A model generated the notes under the pieces. It was not told the DNA's origin. It was given only the letters and a program-made list of their open reading frames with translations, and did no database searches. A DNA stretch of 64,000 nt. Origin: the human T2T-CHM13v2.0 reference genome, Homo sapiens. A program made the translations under genes and the position numbers. This document shows, piece by piece, positions 1 through 18,115 of the stretch. Each line of letters starts with the position of its first letter. The first letter of the stretch is position 1. The DNA lies in assembly GCF_009914755.1 (NCBI RefSeq), contig NC_060929.1, one strand, 5' to 3'.

Positions 1-1063
1 CCCCAGGCCCAAATACATGTGTAATAAAAACAATAAAACAAAACAGCTCACAGAACAAAGGCAGTTTTCTCTTCTAAGAAAAAGGTACTTCATTTGAAAG
101 CTTATGCAAGCTTTAGATACAAAATGGAGTTACATGAGTATGGAGTGATGGCAAATTGCCTGCTAGCATTCAAACAGGCTCCGTTACTGAAGAGAGCTTT
201 TCCCTGGAGAAGGTTAGAAATTGGTGCCAAAATTAATTAAGGAATAAAGGTGAGTGGATATTTTTCTCTGTTGAATAGAGTCTATTTCATGCGGCCTTTC
301 TTGCTCTAGTAACACCAAGCTAGGTATGATGTGTTTCTCTAGTTGTACCCTGAGCCCTCCTTGGGGGGATGCCAGGAGAAGACAACTCTGCTAGTAGTGG
401 GATTAGGTAGATCCACAGACCCCTACTCATAATGATTTTCACACTTCAGACTACCAGAGGGGAAAATGATCCATAGGAAATATTTCACAGCTCAGAGGAC
501 ACAATTATAAGCCAGTTTAGGAAGTGGTTATTGGGCACCTCAAGTGGATGGTCTGGGGTGGAAATAGAGAGGGATGTGATGCACTTTGCATGTTACCAGT
601 ACCAAAAGCTCCAATTACCTGCAGATGCCATGGGCTGGGGTGGGAACAACAGAGCAGATGCTAGAGGGAGTTTGCAATGTAGATTGAACATGGAAGAGAA
701 TGTCTCCAAGAGAAAGAAATGACAGAGTTGAGGATGTGTGATGGCTCCAATAAAAATAGGTTTAAGAATGAGCACCCCCTGAGAACAGCATGGTTGGAGG
801 ATCCCTAAACCCCACCAAGAGATCCCAGGGAGCTAACGGTTCTCTTTGGTGAGGACATGGCCTCTTTGATACCAATATGAAGAGAAAATACATCTGAAGA
901 TGAGTGGCACCTTCCTAGCAAATCATCCCTTAGCACCCAAAACAAGCTGGAATGCCGGGATGGACTAGGGAAATGATTTAGATTAAGGTTAGAGCCAGAC
1001 ATTCTCTTCAAGGAATGGTGTTGTCTAGGCACAGGACCACAGTGGCAGGGCGTCAGTTCAGCA

Positions 1064-1413
1064 TGCTATGGTCTGAATGTTTGTGTCCCCCCAAAATTAA
1101 TATGTTGGAACCTAATCTCTAATGCAATAGTATTAAGAGGCCTTTAGGAGGTGTTTAGGTAGTGAGGGCAGAACTCTCATGAAGGGGATTAGTCCCTTAT
1201 AAAAGATGCCCAGGGGAGCTTATTTGCCTCTTCCACCTTGTGAGGACACAGCTAGAAGGCATCATCCATGAGGAAAAGGTCTTACCAGACAATGAATCTT
1301 CCAGTGCCTTGATCTTGGACTTCCCAGCCTCCAGAACTGTGAAAAATAAATTTCTGATTCATAAGCTATCTAGTTCATGGTATTTTGTTGTAGCAGACTG
1401 AATGAACTAAGCA
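1064..1413 (+). mobile_element. MaLR LTR (MLT1A-like), solo
   Basis: Starts TGCTATGGTCTGAATGTTTGTGTCCCC; contains CTTGGACTTCCCAGCCTCCAGAACTGTG...AATAAATTTCTG, typical MLT1A/MST motifs. Confidence 0.8.
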
Positions 1414-1621
1414 TTCTTTTTGCTAGGGCTGGACTAATCATGAATGCTGAAATTATAATCATCCAGAGTTGACAACTATCCAACTTAGCTCTGACAAGTA
1501 CAAAGATTAAGGATCTGTTAAAAGCCCACACTTAAAATGGTATTGCATACACATATTCCTTATCTGTATCTGTGATATGTTAGTTGCTGCTAGAAATTCT
1601 AATTTATAAAAGTGGATTGGA

Positions 1622-1965
<344 letters not shown>

Positions 1966-2432
1966 CTATCAAATATAAAAGTAATCTTCTCTCTGGAGTT
2001 CCCTGGATATACCACCACCCTCAAGCCCTCCAACTGAAATCAGTGGATAATTTGAAAAACCTCTGGGATCAGCAAAAGACAATTAAGGCACATTAGCACA
2101 TTGTCTACTAGAGTTGGTCACTCTTTTAGCAGGGATTGAAAGGTTTATTATTATTATTATTAGCAGGGATTGAAAGGTTTAGGACTGCTCCCTTTCATCC
2201 CTAGGAGAGATCCAAATCCCTAGAGAGTTTATAGAACTTTGTTAAACATGCTACTAAATATAGCCTTAAAAGCTGAGAAAATGTTCAGGGGCTGGTATAT
2301 AGGAAGACAAGATTGATGGCTTCTAATTGTTCTGTAAAGGAAGAGTATGAGGGAACATAGTTGCATACAGGAGCGGAAGAGTTTGGGGGAAGAATGGAGA
2401 TGGTCAAAATCACCATTACAGAGAGTAGGAGA

Positions 2433-2871
2433 GTAAGCAGATCACAAAATAGAATAAGTACCCTGAGAATTACCCTGTGGTCTAAGAAGAATGCATGTTT
2501 AGAGTTCCAAGCTAAGGAATCTGGGAGTGGCCAATCCAGAGATATATTCCTTATGTATAAGGAACATCTGAATTCCTGGTCCATCCTATGGAACACAGGC
2601 CATACAGGGGATTGAGGCCCTTTGTTTTGGGTTAAATGAAGATTGCCAGGTAGAGGTTGCTAGGGGAAGGGTACTAAGTGAAGAAGCTATGTAAGCTGCA
2701 TGCTTTCTACAAGTGGTTGTGGTTCTCCCATCCAGCTTACTGCCACTGAACCGCCCTGTACATAAGTCCCCTCAATAAACCCCGTGTCTCGTTTGCACAC
2801 TCCACGTCTCTTTTTTGGCCTCTCAAACACGGTGCCATCCCTACTGAAATCAATGGAGGTCCAGCATGACC
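2433..2871 (+). mobile_element. 5' LTR (LTR47-like); 5' edge degraded
   Basis: Clear homology to 7556-8004 from ~2456 (CCTGAGAAT..GGTCTAAG..GAGTTCCAAGCTAAGGAATCT); AATAAA at ~2774. Confidence 0.85.
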
Positions 2872-2873
2872 AT

Positions 2874-2891
2874 CAGCAATCCAGCCAGGAG
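2874..2891 (+). promoter_or_regulatory. Primer binding site, tRNA-Arg type
   Basis: CAGCAATCCAGCCAGGAG directly after the 5' LTR matches 14/18 of TGGCGAGCCAGCCAGGAG (complement of the tRNA-Arg(ACG) 3' end as recalled). Confidence 0.65.
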
Positions 2892-3699
2892 GTCAGAGAA
2901 AACCCCATGAGCACCAAGAGGATGGGACTGGGAAAGGGGAAATCCATGGGGGAAATCCCAATCTGGCCATCCATGCCTATATAGAGCCTGATAGCCACTA
3001 TCATTGATGCATGGGGCCCACCACGTGAGTACAGGGACACCCTGAGAATGCTGAAGGGTCTGGAAGAGCTGTTGCAGGGGTTGGATCTAACTAAGCAAAA
3101 ATCAGTTGCCTGTGGCAGCCACAATTGGCTGGCTGCTCCCCACCACTTTGAGCAGCCGCTGAGGCTGAGCTCACAGCACAAGTAGGAGTTCCTCAGGTAC
3201 AGGATGAGTTACAACTAGAAACCAATGCAAGGTTAGCTCAAACTGAAATGCTGGAGTCCTTACTGTCCCACTTTCAGGCACAGGATGACAAAATGGAGAC
3301 CCTGGCGTATCACGTAGCCCATTTGAAGGGTTATTGGCTGCCATGGTAGGGCTATCATGGTCTAAATTGTCCTGGAACCCTAAGTCCTAGGACCTAATGG
3401 AGAACTCTAGTGAGGAGGAGAACGAGGACTGGGACAAGCTCACAGAGGTTCCCATCCTCTCTGCCCATCCCATAGCCACTACTAAGATAAAGACAGACCA
3501 GCTGCACCCACAGGGAGTTGACCCACAAAACCTGCCCTCACTTGAAAGATGGCAGCACAGCACAATGTAGGACTGCACTGCTGTGCTGTTCAAGCAAGAA
3601 CAGCGTGTCACTAAGGAGCCTCTGACTCAGCCCACCACCGCTCCTGCAGAGGGCTGGCAGGCACCAACCCCTTTAGTCTAGAATAAAAGCCAAGGTCCC

Positions 3700-6260
3700 A
3701 GAATCCCAATGAGAGCAATGGTGGCCAGGGTGTCTGGGGACCAGAGGCCACATGTAGAACTAACTATATATTCATCACCTAAAAATAAACAGACTGTTTC
3801 TGCCCTGGCGGATACTGGAGCGAAATGCACTTACATGGTAACATTCGTAGGTTCCAAGGCCTTATACAGCAATAGATGGTTATGAAGAGGGGGCCGTGAA
3901 AGTCAAGCAGCCAAAGCCCTGCCACCAAAACCCTACTCAGTAAACACAGCTCTCATCTCAGAATACCTCTTGTGAATGGATATCTTATCAGGCTTTACCC
4001 TCTAAACAACTGGCAGGGAATTCCAGCTGAGAGGGTGGTGAAGCACATGATCAGCAGGATCGCAAAATGGACCCCAATACAGCTGCCAGCCCTGCAGCAG
4101 GCAGTAGCACTGAAGCAATATGGCCTGCTGGGGGTGCATGATGAGATCATGGGACTGCTAAGGAGTTAGCCCAGGTAGGCATTATAAGGCCATTGTGCAG
4201 CCCATACAATGGCACTGTATGGTCCATGAGGAAGCCTGATGGGATATGGAGAATGACCATAGATTACCAGGAATTAAATAAGGTGGTCTCCCCAATATAT
4301 GCAGCTGTTCCCAATATTGCCTCCCTTCTGATGAGGATAGGATCCATGCTTGGCTCATACCACTTTGTCGTAGATTTAGCCAGTGCCTTTTTCAGCATCT
4401 TCACTGCCCCAGAGTCAAGAATAATTTGCATTCACCTGGGAAAGAGAAGAATGGACCTTTACCATCTTGCCCCAGGGATATTTACATAGCTCCGCTGTCT
4501 GTCATGTGCTGGTGGCTGCAAACCTCGGATGGACCACCCGGGAGTGGGTGCATGTTTTCCATTACATTGATCATAAATGCCAACTTCTGAGTCTTTTTCC
4601 AGCTCACCAACTGCAGCCTCCAGCTTGTTGTCTCACTTGGTGAACAGAGGACGGGCAGTCAATGCAGACAAACTCCAAGGTCCGGGCTTACCAGTCACAT
4701 TCTTGGATGTCATCTGGTTGGGTGAGACTAAAGTGCTTCCGTCTGCTGTCATGGATAAGGTGCAGGCCTACCCACGTCCTACCACATCAAAGCAGCTGCA
4801 AACATTCTTAATTCTCTTAGGGTATTGGCGTCCTTTGACTCCCCATTAGACCCAACTCCTTAGGCCCCCCATAAGAAGGAAGGGGGCCCACTGGGACTGG
4901 TCCACAAAGGAGGATGAGGCCTTTGAACAAGCTGAAGTCCTAGTGAGACGAATAAAAGCCTTGAGAGTTCTAGTGCTGGGACAGCCTTGTGAATTGAATG
5001 TGGTCTGGTCCCCGAGGGGTTTGGGTGTAGCCTGTGGCAAAGGCAAAGATGTAAACATGTGCCTTTAGGATTCTGGTCCCAACTACAGAAAGGGCTGAAG
5101 TTAGGTTTACTGTCATGGAGAAACGATTCTGCACCACACATTAGGCCTTACAAATGGAGGACATTACACAGGGGGTCCCAGTGCTAGTATGCACCCAGTA
5201 CTCCACAGCAGGCTGACTAAAGGATATCTTCCAGAAACCAAAGTCTGAGAATGCTCAGATACAGACTATCGCCAATTGCCCTGCATACCTGCAACAGACG
5301 AGCACATTAACTAATAGCCCCTTGAGCAGAGCTCCATTCGATGCTTGGCCCTGTCCCCTGTGTGACAACTGAAAGTCAGTCTTTGACAGAGGCCACTAAA
5401 CCTCCATAGTCTCTCCTTCCCACAGGAGGAACAGAGCACAATTCCTGACCAAGCCTGGTATGTAGACAGCTCATCATGAGGCAGTCCTTGCACTGGGATA
5501 ACCGTCGCCACCAAGCTGTCCACTGATAGTACCTGGCTTGATACAGGCAAAGGACATAGTAGTCAAGGGGCTGAGCCACAAACCGCCTGGATGGTCCTTC
5601 TCTATAAGCCAGAGCCCAGCACAATAGTGGCAGGTAGACCACATAAAACCTTTGCCTCTATCTGATGGCTGCCACTGTGCCTTGACTTGTACAAACACCT
5701 GCTCAGGGCTACTGCAGGTAAATCCTAGCAATCGTGCCACCAAGAAAACCACCAAAATAGCACTAGAGCAGCTGTTTGCAGCCTACAGCATCCCCGCTGA
5801 TATTGGTGGTGACCAGGGCTTGCATTTTACCAGACGTTAAGTGCAGGAATGGGTGGAGGCCCTGTATATCCACAGGCATTTTCACCTGCCATACAACCCT
5901 ACAGCAGCAGGGCTGATTGAACAGATGAATAGACTGTTGAAGCCACAACTCTGGCAGGTGCTATCTGGCTCTGTGGACACACAGCTTACCAGCAGCTGTC
6001 CACACACTGAACAAACATGCCCATTCCCATCGCCCCAGCACATACACTCTTCTGATGCAAGGAACTGATATCACCATCAGGATCCAGGTGGACAATGTAA
6101 AGGATGGCACACTTTTGCCCCAACCTGGGACTCAAAGTAACCTGATATTGCCCTGGCCACAGGACCTATGCACCGGAAAACACATGGCCCTGGGAATGTC
6201 AAACCAGCCCTTGGTTGGTTCAGTTTTTCTGCTCCATGGAGTAAGGGTCTAGAACAGAAT
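3700..6260 (+). pseudogene. pol: ERV pro-pol remnant (protease, RT, RNase H, integrase)
   Basis: GAT ACT GGA (DTG) at 3811; ORFs 4193-4489 and 4577-4849 (RT); YIDD decayed to YIDH near 4563; ORFs 5652-5840 and 5841-6068 (integrase core). Confidence 0.9.
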
Positions 6261-6457
6261 ATAATAGGTAACACCTATTTTACACCCTACTCTTCATACT
6301 TCTAAAATAATGAATCCTAGTGCTCCCTTGTTCAAGGGGACAATAATCCTCTCATTACAGAACATTATGATACTCCATTGTCTTACTCTGGCCTCCTGCA
6401 ATGAGTTACACACGGGGCCAGTCCATTTGTGTCTTGTTAAATGGCCATGACTTGCCC

Positions 6458-6754
6458 TTTTTTTTTTTTTTTAAACAGAGTCTTGCTCTATTGTCCAGGC
6501 TGGAGTGCAGCGGCACCATCATCCTTGGCTCACTGCAACCTCTTGCTCTGTGGTTCAAGTGATTCTCTTGCCCCAGCCTCCTGAGGAGTAGCTGGGATTA
6601 TAGGCACCCACCACCACGCCTGGCTAATTCTTGTATTTTTAGTAGAGATGGGATTTCACTTGTTGGCCAGGCTGGTTTCAAACTCCTGACCTCTAGCAAC
6701 CCACCCACCGCAGCCTCCCAAAAAGATTACAGGCATGCACCACCACGCTCAGCC
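6458..6754 (-). mobile_element. Alu inserted in the provirus (pol/env boundary)
   Basis: Poly-T then antisense Alu; TSD CTTGCCCTTT at 6451 and 6757. Confidence 0.92.
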
Positions 6755-6769
6755 AGCTTGCCCTTTCTT

Positions 6770-7526
6770 ATACGCACCAAACATCTCACCTTCCACCTAT
6801 AGATAGTCTGCAGCAAACCTCTTCACTGACTGGGCATAGACAGTAGTCTCCCTCCAGAATAAAATAAACCATTGGGTCTGTGGAGAGCTGCCACTCTCCA
6901 CCACAATGGAACTGCCATGGTGCATCCAAGCAGCTAATCTGAGTATACCTGGAGCCACTTCTGTACTTGGTATAATGACCTTCACCCATTTCCCTTTAGT
7001 GACAACAGCACCTCTTGCAGCAGGTTTCCCACCATCAACAAGATGAGATGACGTATTTTCTACTTACTATGAAAGGAAGTTAATGTTACCCTCACTGTGG
7101 AGTACATTGTACACAATGGTCTAGGGTGGATGACAGGAGTGCAGAAACAGGTGGTGGGGTATGCACCCTTCCTTGCAAAATCGCATGGCTATGGACACCT
7201 TAATTGCTGCCCAGGGCAGAACCTATGCATTAATTAAAACTGAATGTTGTGGATACATCCTTGATTACTCTCACAACGTAAGCCAGGCCACACAGCTCCT
7301 AGACACTCGCATGTCCACTCTAGAATCTCTGTCTTACAATCCAATAATTGCGTGCTTCAATCAACTCCCAAGTGCTTGGAAAAACTTTCTATACAGTATG
7401 ATTGTTATATTAATTATTCTTTTGAGTTGTGGTAGTTTGTATTGCTGCTGTGGATGTCTGGCCACAGTGCTCCTCCGCATGCCTGGCCCCAGGGAAATGC
7501 AGGAGAATGGCATGATAAGAATGTGA
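6770..7526 (+). pseudogene. env: ERV env remnant (SU fragment plus open TM frame 7161-7526)
   Basis: NHWVCGELPL SU-type motif at ~6868; TM LQNRMAMDTLIAAQGRTYALIKTECC (immunosuppressive domain plus degenerate CX6CC), then hydrophobic anchor FLYSMIVILIILLSC. Confidence 0.85.
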
Positions 7527-7555
7527 GGGCCACTCAAGGGTGTGCTGGTGAGGAG

Positions 7556-8004
7556 TGTATAACTGATGCACCTGACAACAGTAACTTAAGAATAACCTGA
7601 GAATGATCCTATGGTCTAAGGAGAATGTGTGTTTGGAGTTCCAAGCTAAGGAATCTAGGAGTACCCAACCAGGAGATTCTTTCCTTATCTATGAGGAACA
7701 TCTGAACTCTTGACCCAACTTGTAGAATGCAGGCCCTATAGGGGATCAAGACCCTTTATTTTGGGTTATATGAAGGTTACCAGGTTGAGGTTGCTGGGGG
7801 AGGGTGCTAAGTGAAAACACTATGTAAACTGTATGCTTTTTATAAGCAGTTGTGGTTCTTCCATCCAGCCCTCTGCCTCTGGACTGCCCTGTATGTAAGT
7901 CCCCTCCATAAACCCCATGTCTTGGTAGCTGGCTCTGGGTCTCTTTTTCAGCTTCTCAAACATGGTGCCATTTGTACTGAAGTCAATAGGAGTCCAGCAC
8001 AACA
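7556..8004 (+). mobile_element. 3' LTR (LTR47-like)
   Basis: TG...CA termini, preceded by purine-rich GGTGAGGAG; homologous to the 5' LTR. Confidence 0.9.
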
Positions 8005-8577
8005 CAAGCTCATAACTAAATTATCTGAACAGTTTTCTTTAATGAATAGATGGTGCTGATGAATTTGGAGGATAGTTGTAGTAAAAATTGTTGAATAAAC
8101 AAGCTTGAAGAGAGGATTCTGTGCAAGAGAAGACAGCTAGAAGTGGAGTTTTGAAGGTAGAATAGGTAGGGTTATGAAGGGCTTAGAACAAATGCTAAGA
8201 AAGAAGAAACTCTGCCACCCAAGTATGGGTCTATAAACTGTGAGTGTGTGAACTACAATTAGAGATTGAATACTGACAGAATAGGCATGAATAGCAAAAG
8301 CCCCCAAAGGTGTAGTAGTCCTTATTTAACGGAGGAAAGGTAGGATTACTGCAAGATTATAAAACGCAGGTGGAGACTGGGGCCAGGTCTCCCTTGGTGA
8401 CATAGTGCAATAATTTTCCACCCACTGGGGAACTGGTCAGGCAGAAATCTTCCCTACTTAGGGACCCTAACAATAATTTCCAAGATAGAATTAACAGGGA
8501 GTGTTCTGGAAAGACAGCGCCCAAGTCCCCCTTTGTCAAAGTGGAGGTGAGTGGGGATTGGTATTCCACAGAGACAG

Positions 8578-13910
<5,333 letters not shown>

Positions 13911-14285
13911 GAGACAGACAGAAGAAATAGATAATGAGGTACTGCTTTTTTGTGTAAAGGGTTAATTACCCTGAAAAATCCCACCCATTATTTACTCTGA
14001 AAAATAGCCCCCCTGTGGCAAGGTTGTGGAGTGCTTAGAGTAGTAGTGACTAGAGCTCCCTATACTCTTGCCTGCCTCTGACACCACCATTATAAGTACA
14101 AACAAAACGTCTGCATGGTTTCAAACAAACGCCCAAAGTTCCCCTTCCAACCAAATGGCTGTCTAAATCCCTCCTGCAATAGAAACTCTGATCTCATATT
14201 AATGTAAACTGGGAGTGGGGAAGGGGATTATGGGACCAAGGAAACCACTGGGAATTAGGAAAGTGATCAAAAAGGAAAGAGGGCC

Positions 14286-14713
14286 TGTATTAGTTTCCCA
14301 GGGCTGCCATAACAAATTTTCCCAAATGTGGCAGCTTAAAACACCAGAAATTTATTCTCTGTCACTTCTGGAGGCCACAAGTCCAAAACCAAGGTGTTGG
14401 TAGGGCCATATTCTCTCTGAAACCTCTATGGGAAACATGTTTTTGCTTATTCCAGCTTCTCATGGCTCCTGGTGTTCCTTGGCTGGTGGCAGCATCATCA
14501 ATCTCTGCCTCTGTCTGTCTATGGCCTTCTTCGCCGTCTGTATGTGTCCTTTTCTGTCTCCCATAGGGAACTTCTAATTGGATTTACGGCCTATCCTAAG
14601 CCAGGATGATCTCACCTCAGTCCTTACCTTGACTATATTTGCAGCAACCCTATTTCCAGATAAGGCCACATTCTGAGGTTCCATGAATTCTGAAATGTAT
14701 GGAGACACTATAA
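14286..14713 (-). mobile_element. MaLR LTR (MLT1B/C-like)
   Basis: TGTATTAGTTTCCCAGGGCTGCCATAACAAA start; AAATTTATTCTCTGTCACTTCTGGAGGC. Confidence 0.8.
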
Positions 14714-16469
14714 CTGATTAGGAGAGTACCCTGTGGACTAGGTGAGGAGACATGGAGACACAGTGAACAGACTGATTAGGCCACTGCTTAATCTCTACCA
14801 GCCTGGAGACTCGGTATGGGTTGGAATATTTCACCTGAGCCCTGTACATTCCCTAAGATTCCATGATATGTTTTCCTGGCTGACAGCCATGCCATTTTGT
14901 TACAAACTGTACTCCTCCTTTCCACAGTGAGGTGCTTGGTGCTGGGTTTACACCAAAATGACCAAAATAAAATTATTAAGGAGAAGTGAAAAGTGTAACA
15001 CTGTCCAACCTTGGAATCAATATTTGATTAGACGATCTCTCTATTTGTGCCTTTGGTTTTCCTTGCCCAGGTATATCAGCTCATACCTAATTCTACTCTA
15101 TTTCTTACCACCTCCTTGTAGAAATGCAGGCTCTGACCTAGAAAGTAAGTTCCACGAGGACAGGAAATCAGTAAGTGCTCGATAAACATTTGTTGGATGA
15201 ATAAAGAGAAGGGGATGATGTGGGGCAGAAAACAAAAAGGAAGGGGAAAAGAATGTTTCTGAACAGTGAATCTGGGCTGGAGTTCCCTTAGCTAGTGCCA
15301 CCATGTTTGATGATGTGCCTTAAATCCTCATGACTACATCTTCCTGATTTGTGAAAGAGGAATAATTATGTACATCTTGCAGGGCTCTTGTGAGGATTAG
15401 AGAAACATGTACAAAATATTCAGCACTGAGTCTTATACAGAGGAGCTCAGTAAGTGACAATTAGGATTATTATTGGCTTGTTTATTCTATGTATACAATT
15501 CTTCTGCTGCTGTTTTAACTACTGCCAAGGACATTCTGAGAAAATTAAGCCCATGCTAACCTATGTCATTTGCAATTTGATGTTTTTTAACTCAGCAATA
15601 TCCTAAATTATTGTTAGTATATCCTTTTCTCTCAATTGAAAAGATGCCCAGAAGCAAGTAACTAGCCACATATAGGTTAAGCAACAATTTTCACCCAGCA
15701 TACAAACACTCTGATAGTACTTTCAACATGCAAGTCAATGGCACATTGGATTTTTCAAGCTGACTTTCAGCTTTCTGTATCATGAGGATTATATTTGCCA
15801 TCTACTCTCCCTGGCTTTACTGTAGTGAGGATTACTGATTTGATATGTATTAAGTACTTTGAGCTTCAGGGAGGAAAATGTGTCATAGGAGCACAAAGAA
15901 GTATTAATGGTAAACGCCAAATGAATTGCTTTAACTCAATGGCATGTTAAAGGCTTTACCCAGAAAATCATCAGGAAACAGTAAATCATGATTTCTACAA
16001 ATAATTCAATTCCCGTATGGTTTTTCATACATGTGTGCACTAATGCATAAAATAGACAGTAATTCTAAAATTTATGAATTTGCTGTTTAAACTTTAAACA
16101 TCTCAAAGCTAATGAGTTGTTTAGTTTTCTTAAATTTTAATGAAAGCACTTCATACATGTATGTTGGGTCCTCACAGCACAGTCAAGATTCATCAAATAT
16201 TTTATGTGATAGCATTTATGATCAAGGCAGAATGCCTTAATTAAACAAATAATTAGCCTTGAGGACAGTAATGAACACAACAGTCTAATTAGTGAATTTG
16301 TTAACTGTTCCTCTCAGTGACTGAATCAATAGCCAATAGCCAATACACAGTCAGATACTGTAGTTACTTTGGTTATGGGAATTACATGTTATCTCTGCAA
16401 TGCACAATGGCAAAAACAAAACATTACGTGAATTAATGAACTTGAATATGTTGTAACAGAATAAAGATT

Positions 16470-16625
16470 AGACTAGGAGCTAAGAAATGCCGGTTTTACT
16501 TCAGGCTGCCACTCATAAGCCATGTGACCTAGGATAACTAACTTAACCTTCCTGGCCTCAGTTTCCTCAATTATAAATTATGAGAGCTGGACTAGATGAT
16601 TTCTAGAGCCCTTTCCAGTACTAGC
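16470..16625 (+). mobile_element. MIR SINE
   Basis: Core TGTGACCTAGG..ACTTAACCTTCCTGGCCTCAGTTTCCTCAATTATAAA. Confidence 0.7.
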
Positions 16626-17447
16626 ATTTCACACGCTTGTTGTGAGGAATCCCTCCCTTTCATTTCTTATTTTTGAAGCCACTTGCTTCCTAGCACTGTG
16701 TCTGTCAAATAACACTGCTGCCAGCAATTTACAAGGTAGGTCTGTGGGTGCGGGAGAGAGGCTTCTGCCTGATCTAGTTTTGTTTACAGTGGCAACATTT
16801 CAGCACATCCTCTGTGCTTTCAGCAGGAAGCAGTCAGGCAGCAAAATTGCTCTAGCATAAAACAAATCCAGCTGCAGGGCATCTTCAAAATGCTCCCTAT
16901 GTGTTTTTCGATTTAGCCTGCTATTAAAATTTTAAGGCACAATTTAGAGCTACAGTGTGCAGTCTTCTGTTACAAAATGAATCCAGGTTTCTCATTACTG
17001 GCTTTGGAGTGTCAGGGCAGGGTAAAAGGAAAATGAGATGTGCAGAGAAAGAAGACATTTTGCAATGTGGAGCACGATTTGCCTTTGGCTCCCTCCTTTC
17101 CAAGCATTCATCATCTGTAACTCACGCAGGGCTTCAACCCATTCTGCCCACAAGCCAGCCAGTCAGTTCAGAGCTGCAGGATGAGAGAGGAAATTGGAAC
17201 AGGGCCACCCTACTCTGCAGGACTGGGTGGTTTGAATGAGACATGTGATCCAAGGAGCTGCGGGTCCAGGATTGGCATAAGGGGTGCAAGCAGTGGGCAG
17301 AGGACATCCAAGCCGGAGATGCAGCATGCACAAAGCAGTCAGGAGGAAGAGCATGGTGGGTTTGGACAATACCAGCCACTTCTCAGTGGATTTGCCTTTA
17401 ACGGAAGAAAAAGCAAGCCATGAGATGGAGAGAATGGCAGTGGCCAC

Positions 17448-17724
17448 TGATGTAAAGTCTTGCAGGCCTGTGTTGCACTGCCCAGATCCCCTGCAGGGCT
17501 GAAGAACTTATTCCAGAGCTGCTACTGCCCAGGAATTGCCCTCAGCTGCAGAAAGCTATCTTTCCCAAGGCCACACACCCCCTTCCCAAGGGCAACCTAT
17601 CTCCAATAACTAGTCAATGCTGGAGGGCTGAGATATATAAAGACTCTAAATAATACTCCCTAATGCTTTTTCTACTTGATAATCTGCACCTCAGGGTGCT
17701 CCTTAAGAAGCCCAACCTGCAACT
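17448..17724 (+). mobile_element. Old ERVL LTR (LTR40-like), internally deleted
   Basis: GAATTGCCCTCAGCTG motif and terminal CTCAGGGTG..AAGCCCAACCTGCAAC. Confidence 0.5.
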
Positions 17725-18115
17725 CGATGCTGGAGAGATTGATATACCCTCATGGCAATGGTGAGTGGCTGAAAGGTTTGAAACAGGGGGTTAACCCTGG
17801 TCTTATCTGCAATTTTAAAAGATCACTCTCATGGCAGTGTGTGGAGGGTGCATTGAAGTGGGCAAACACAAAGGAATAGTGTTGTATGGAAAATGACTTT
17901 GATGCAATGCAGCCTCCAAGTACACAATCAGGAGAACTATCCCAGAAACAGAGCTATGCCATGCAACAGAAAATGCACAGAGCAAGTGAACTCTTTGTAA
18001 ATTAATATTCAAGCTACACAGTTCATTAAATCTGTTCAAAACACACAGTGAGAAGCAAGGCGAAGTAAACAGAGCGTTAAAACACTTAGGATAGGGTGTG
18101 AGCAGGTGAAAGGAC

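Larger units (their letters stand above)
2433..8004 (+). mobile_element. Defective class III endogenous retrovirus (ERVL47/LTR47-like): LTR-PBS-gag-pro-pol-env-PPT-LTR
   Basis: Two homologous LTRs, protease DTG, RT motifs (WRMTIDYQELN, DLASAFFSI, LPQG), RNase H, integrase (WQVD, DQGLHF, PYNPTAAGLIE) and env TM, all collinear on the + strand with many stops and frameshifts. Confidence 0.9.
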
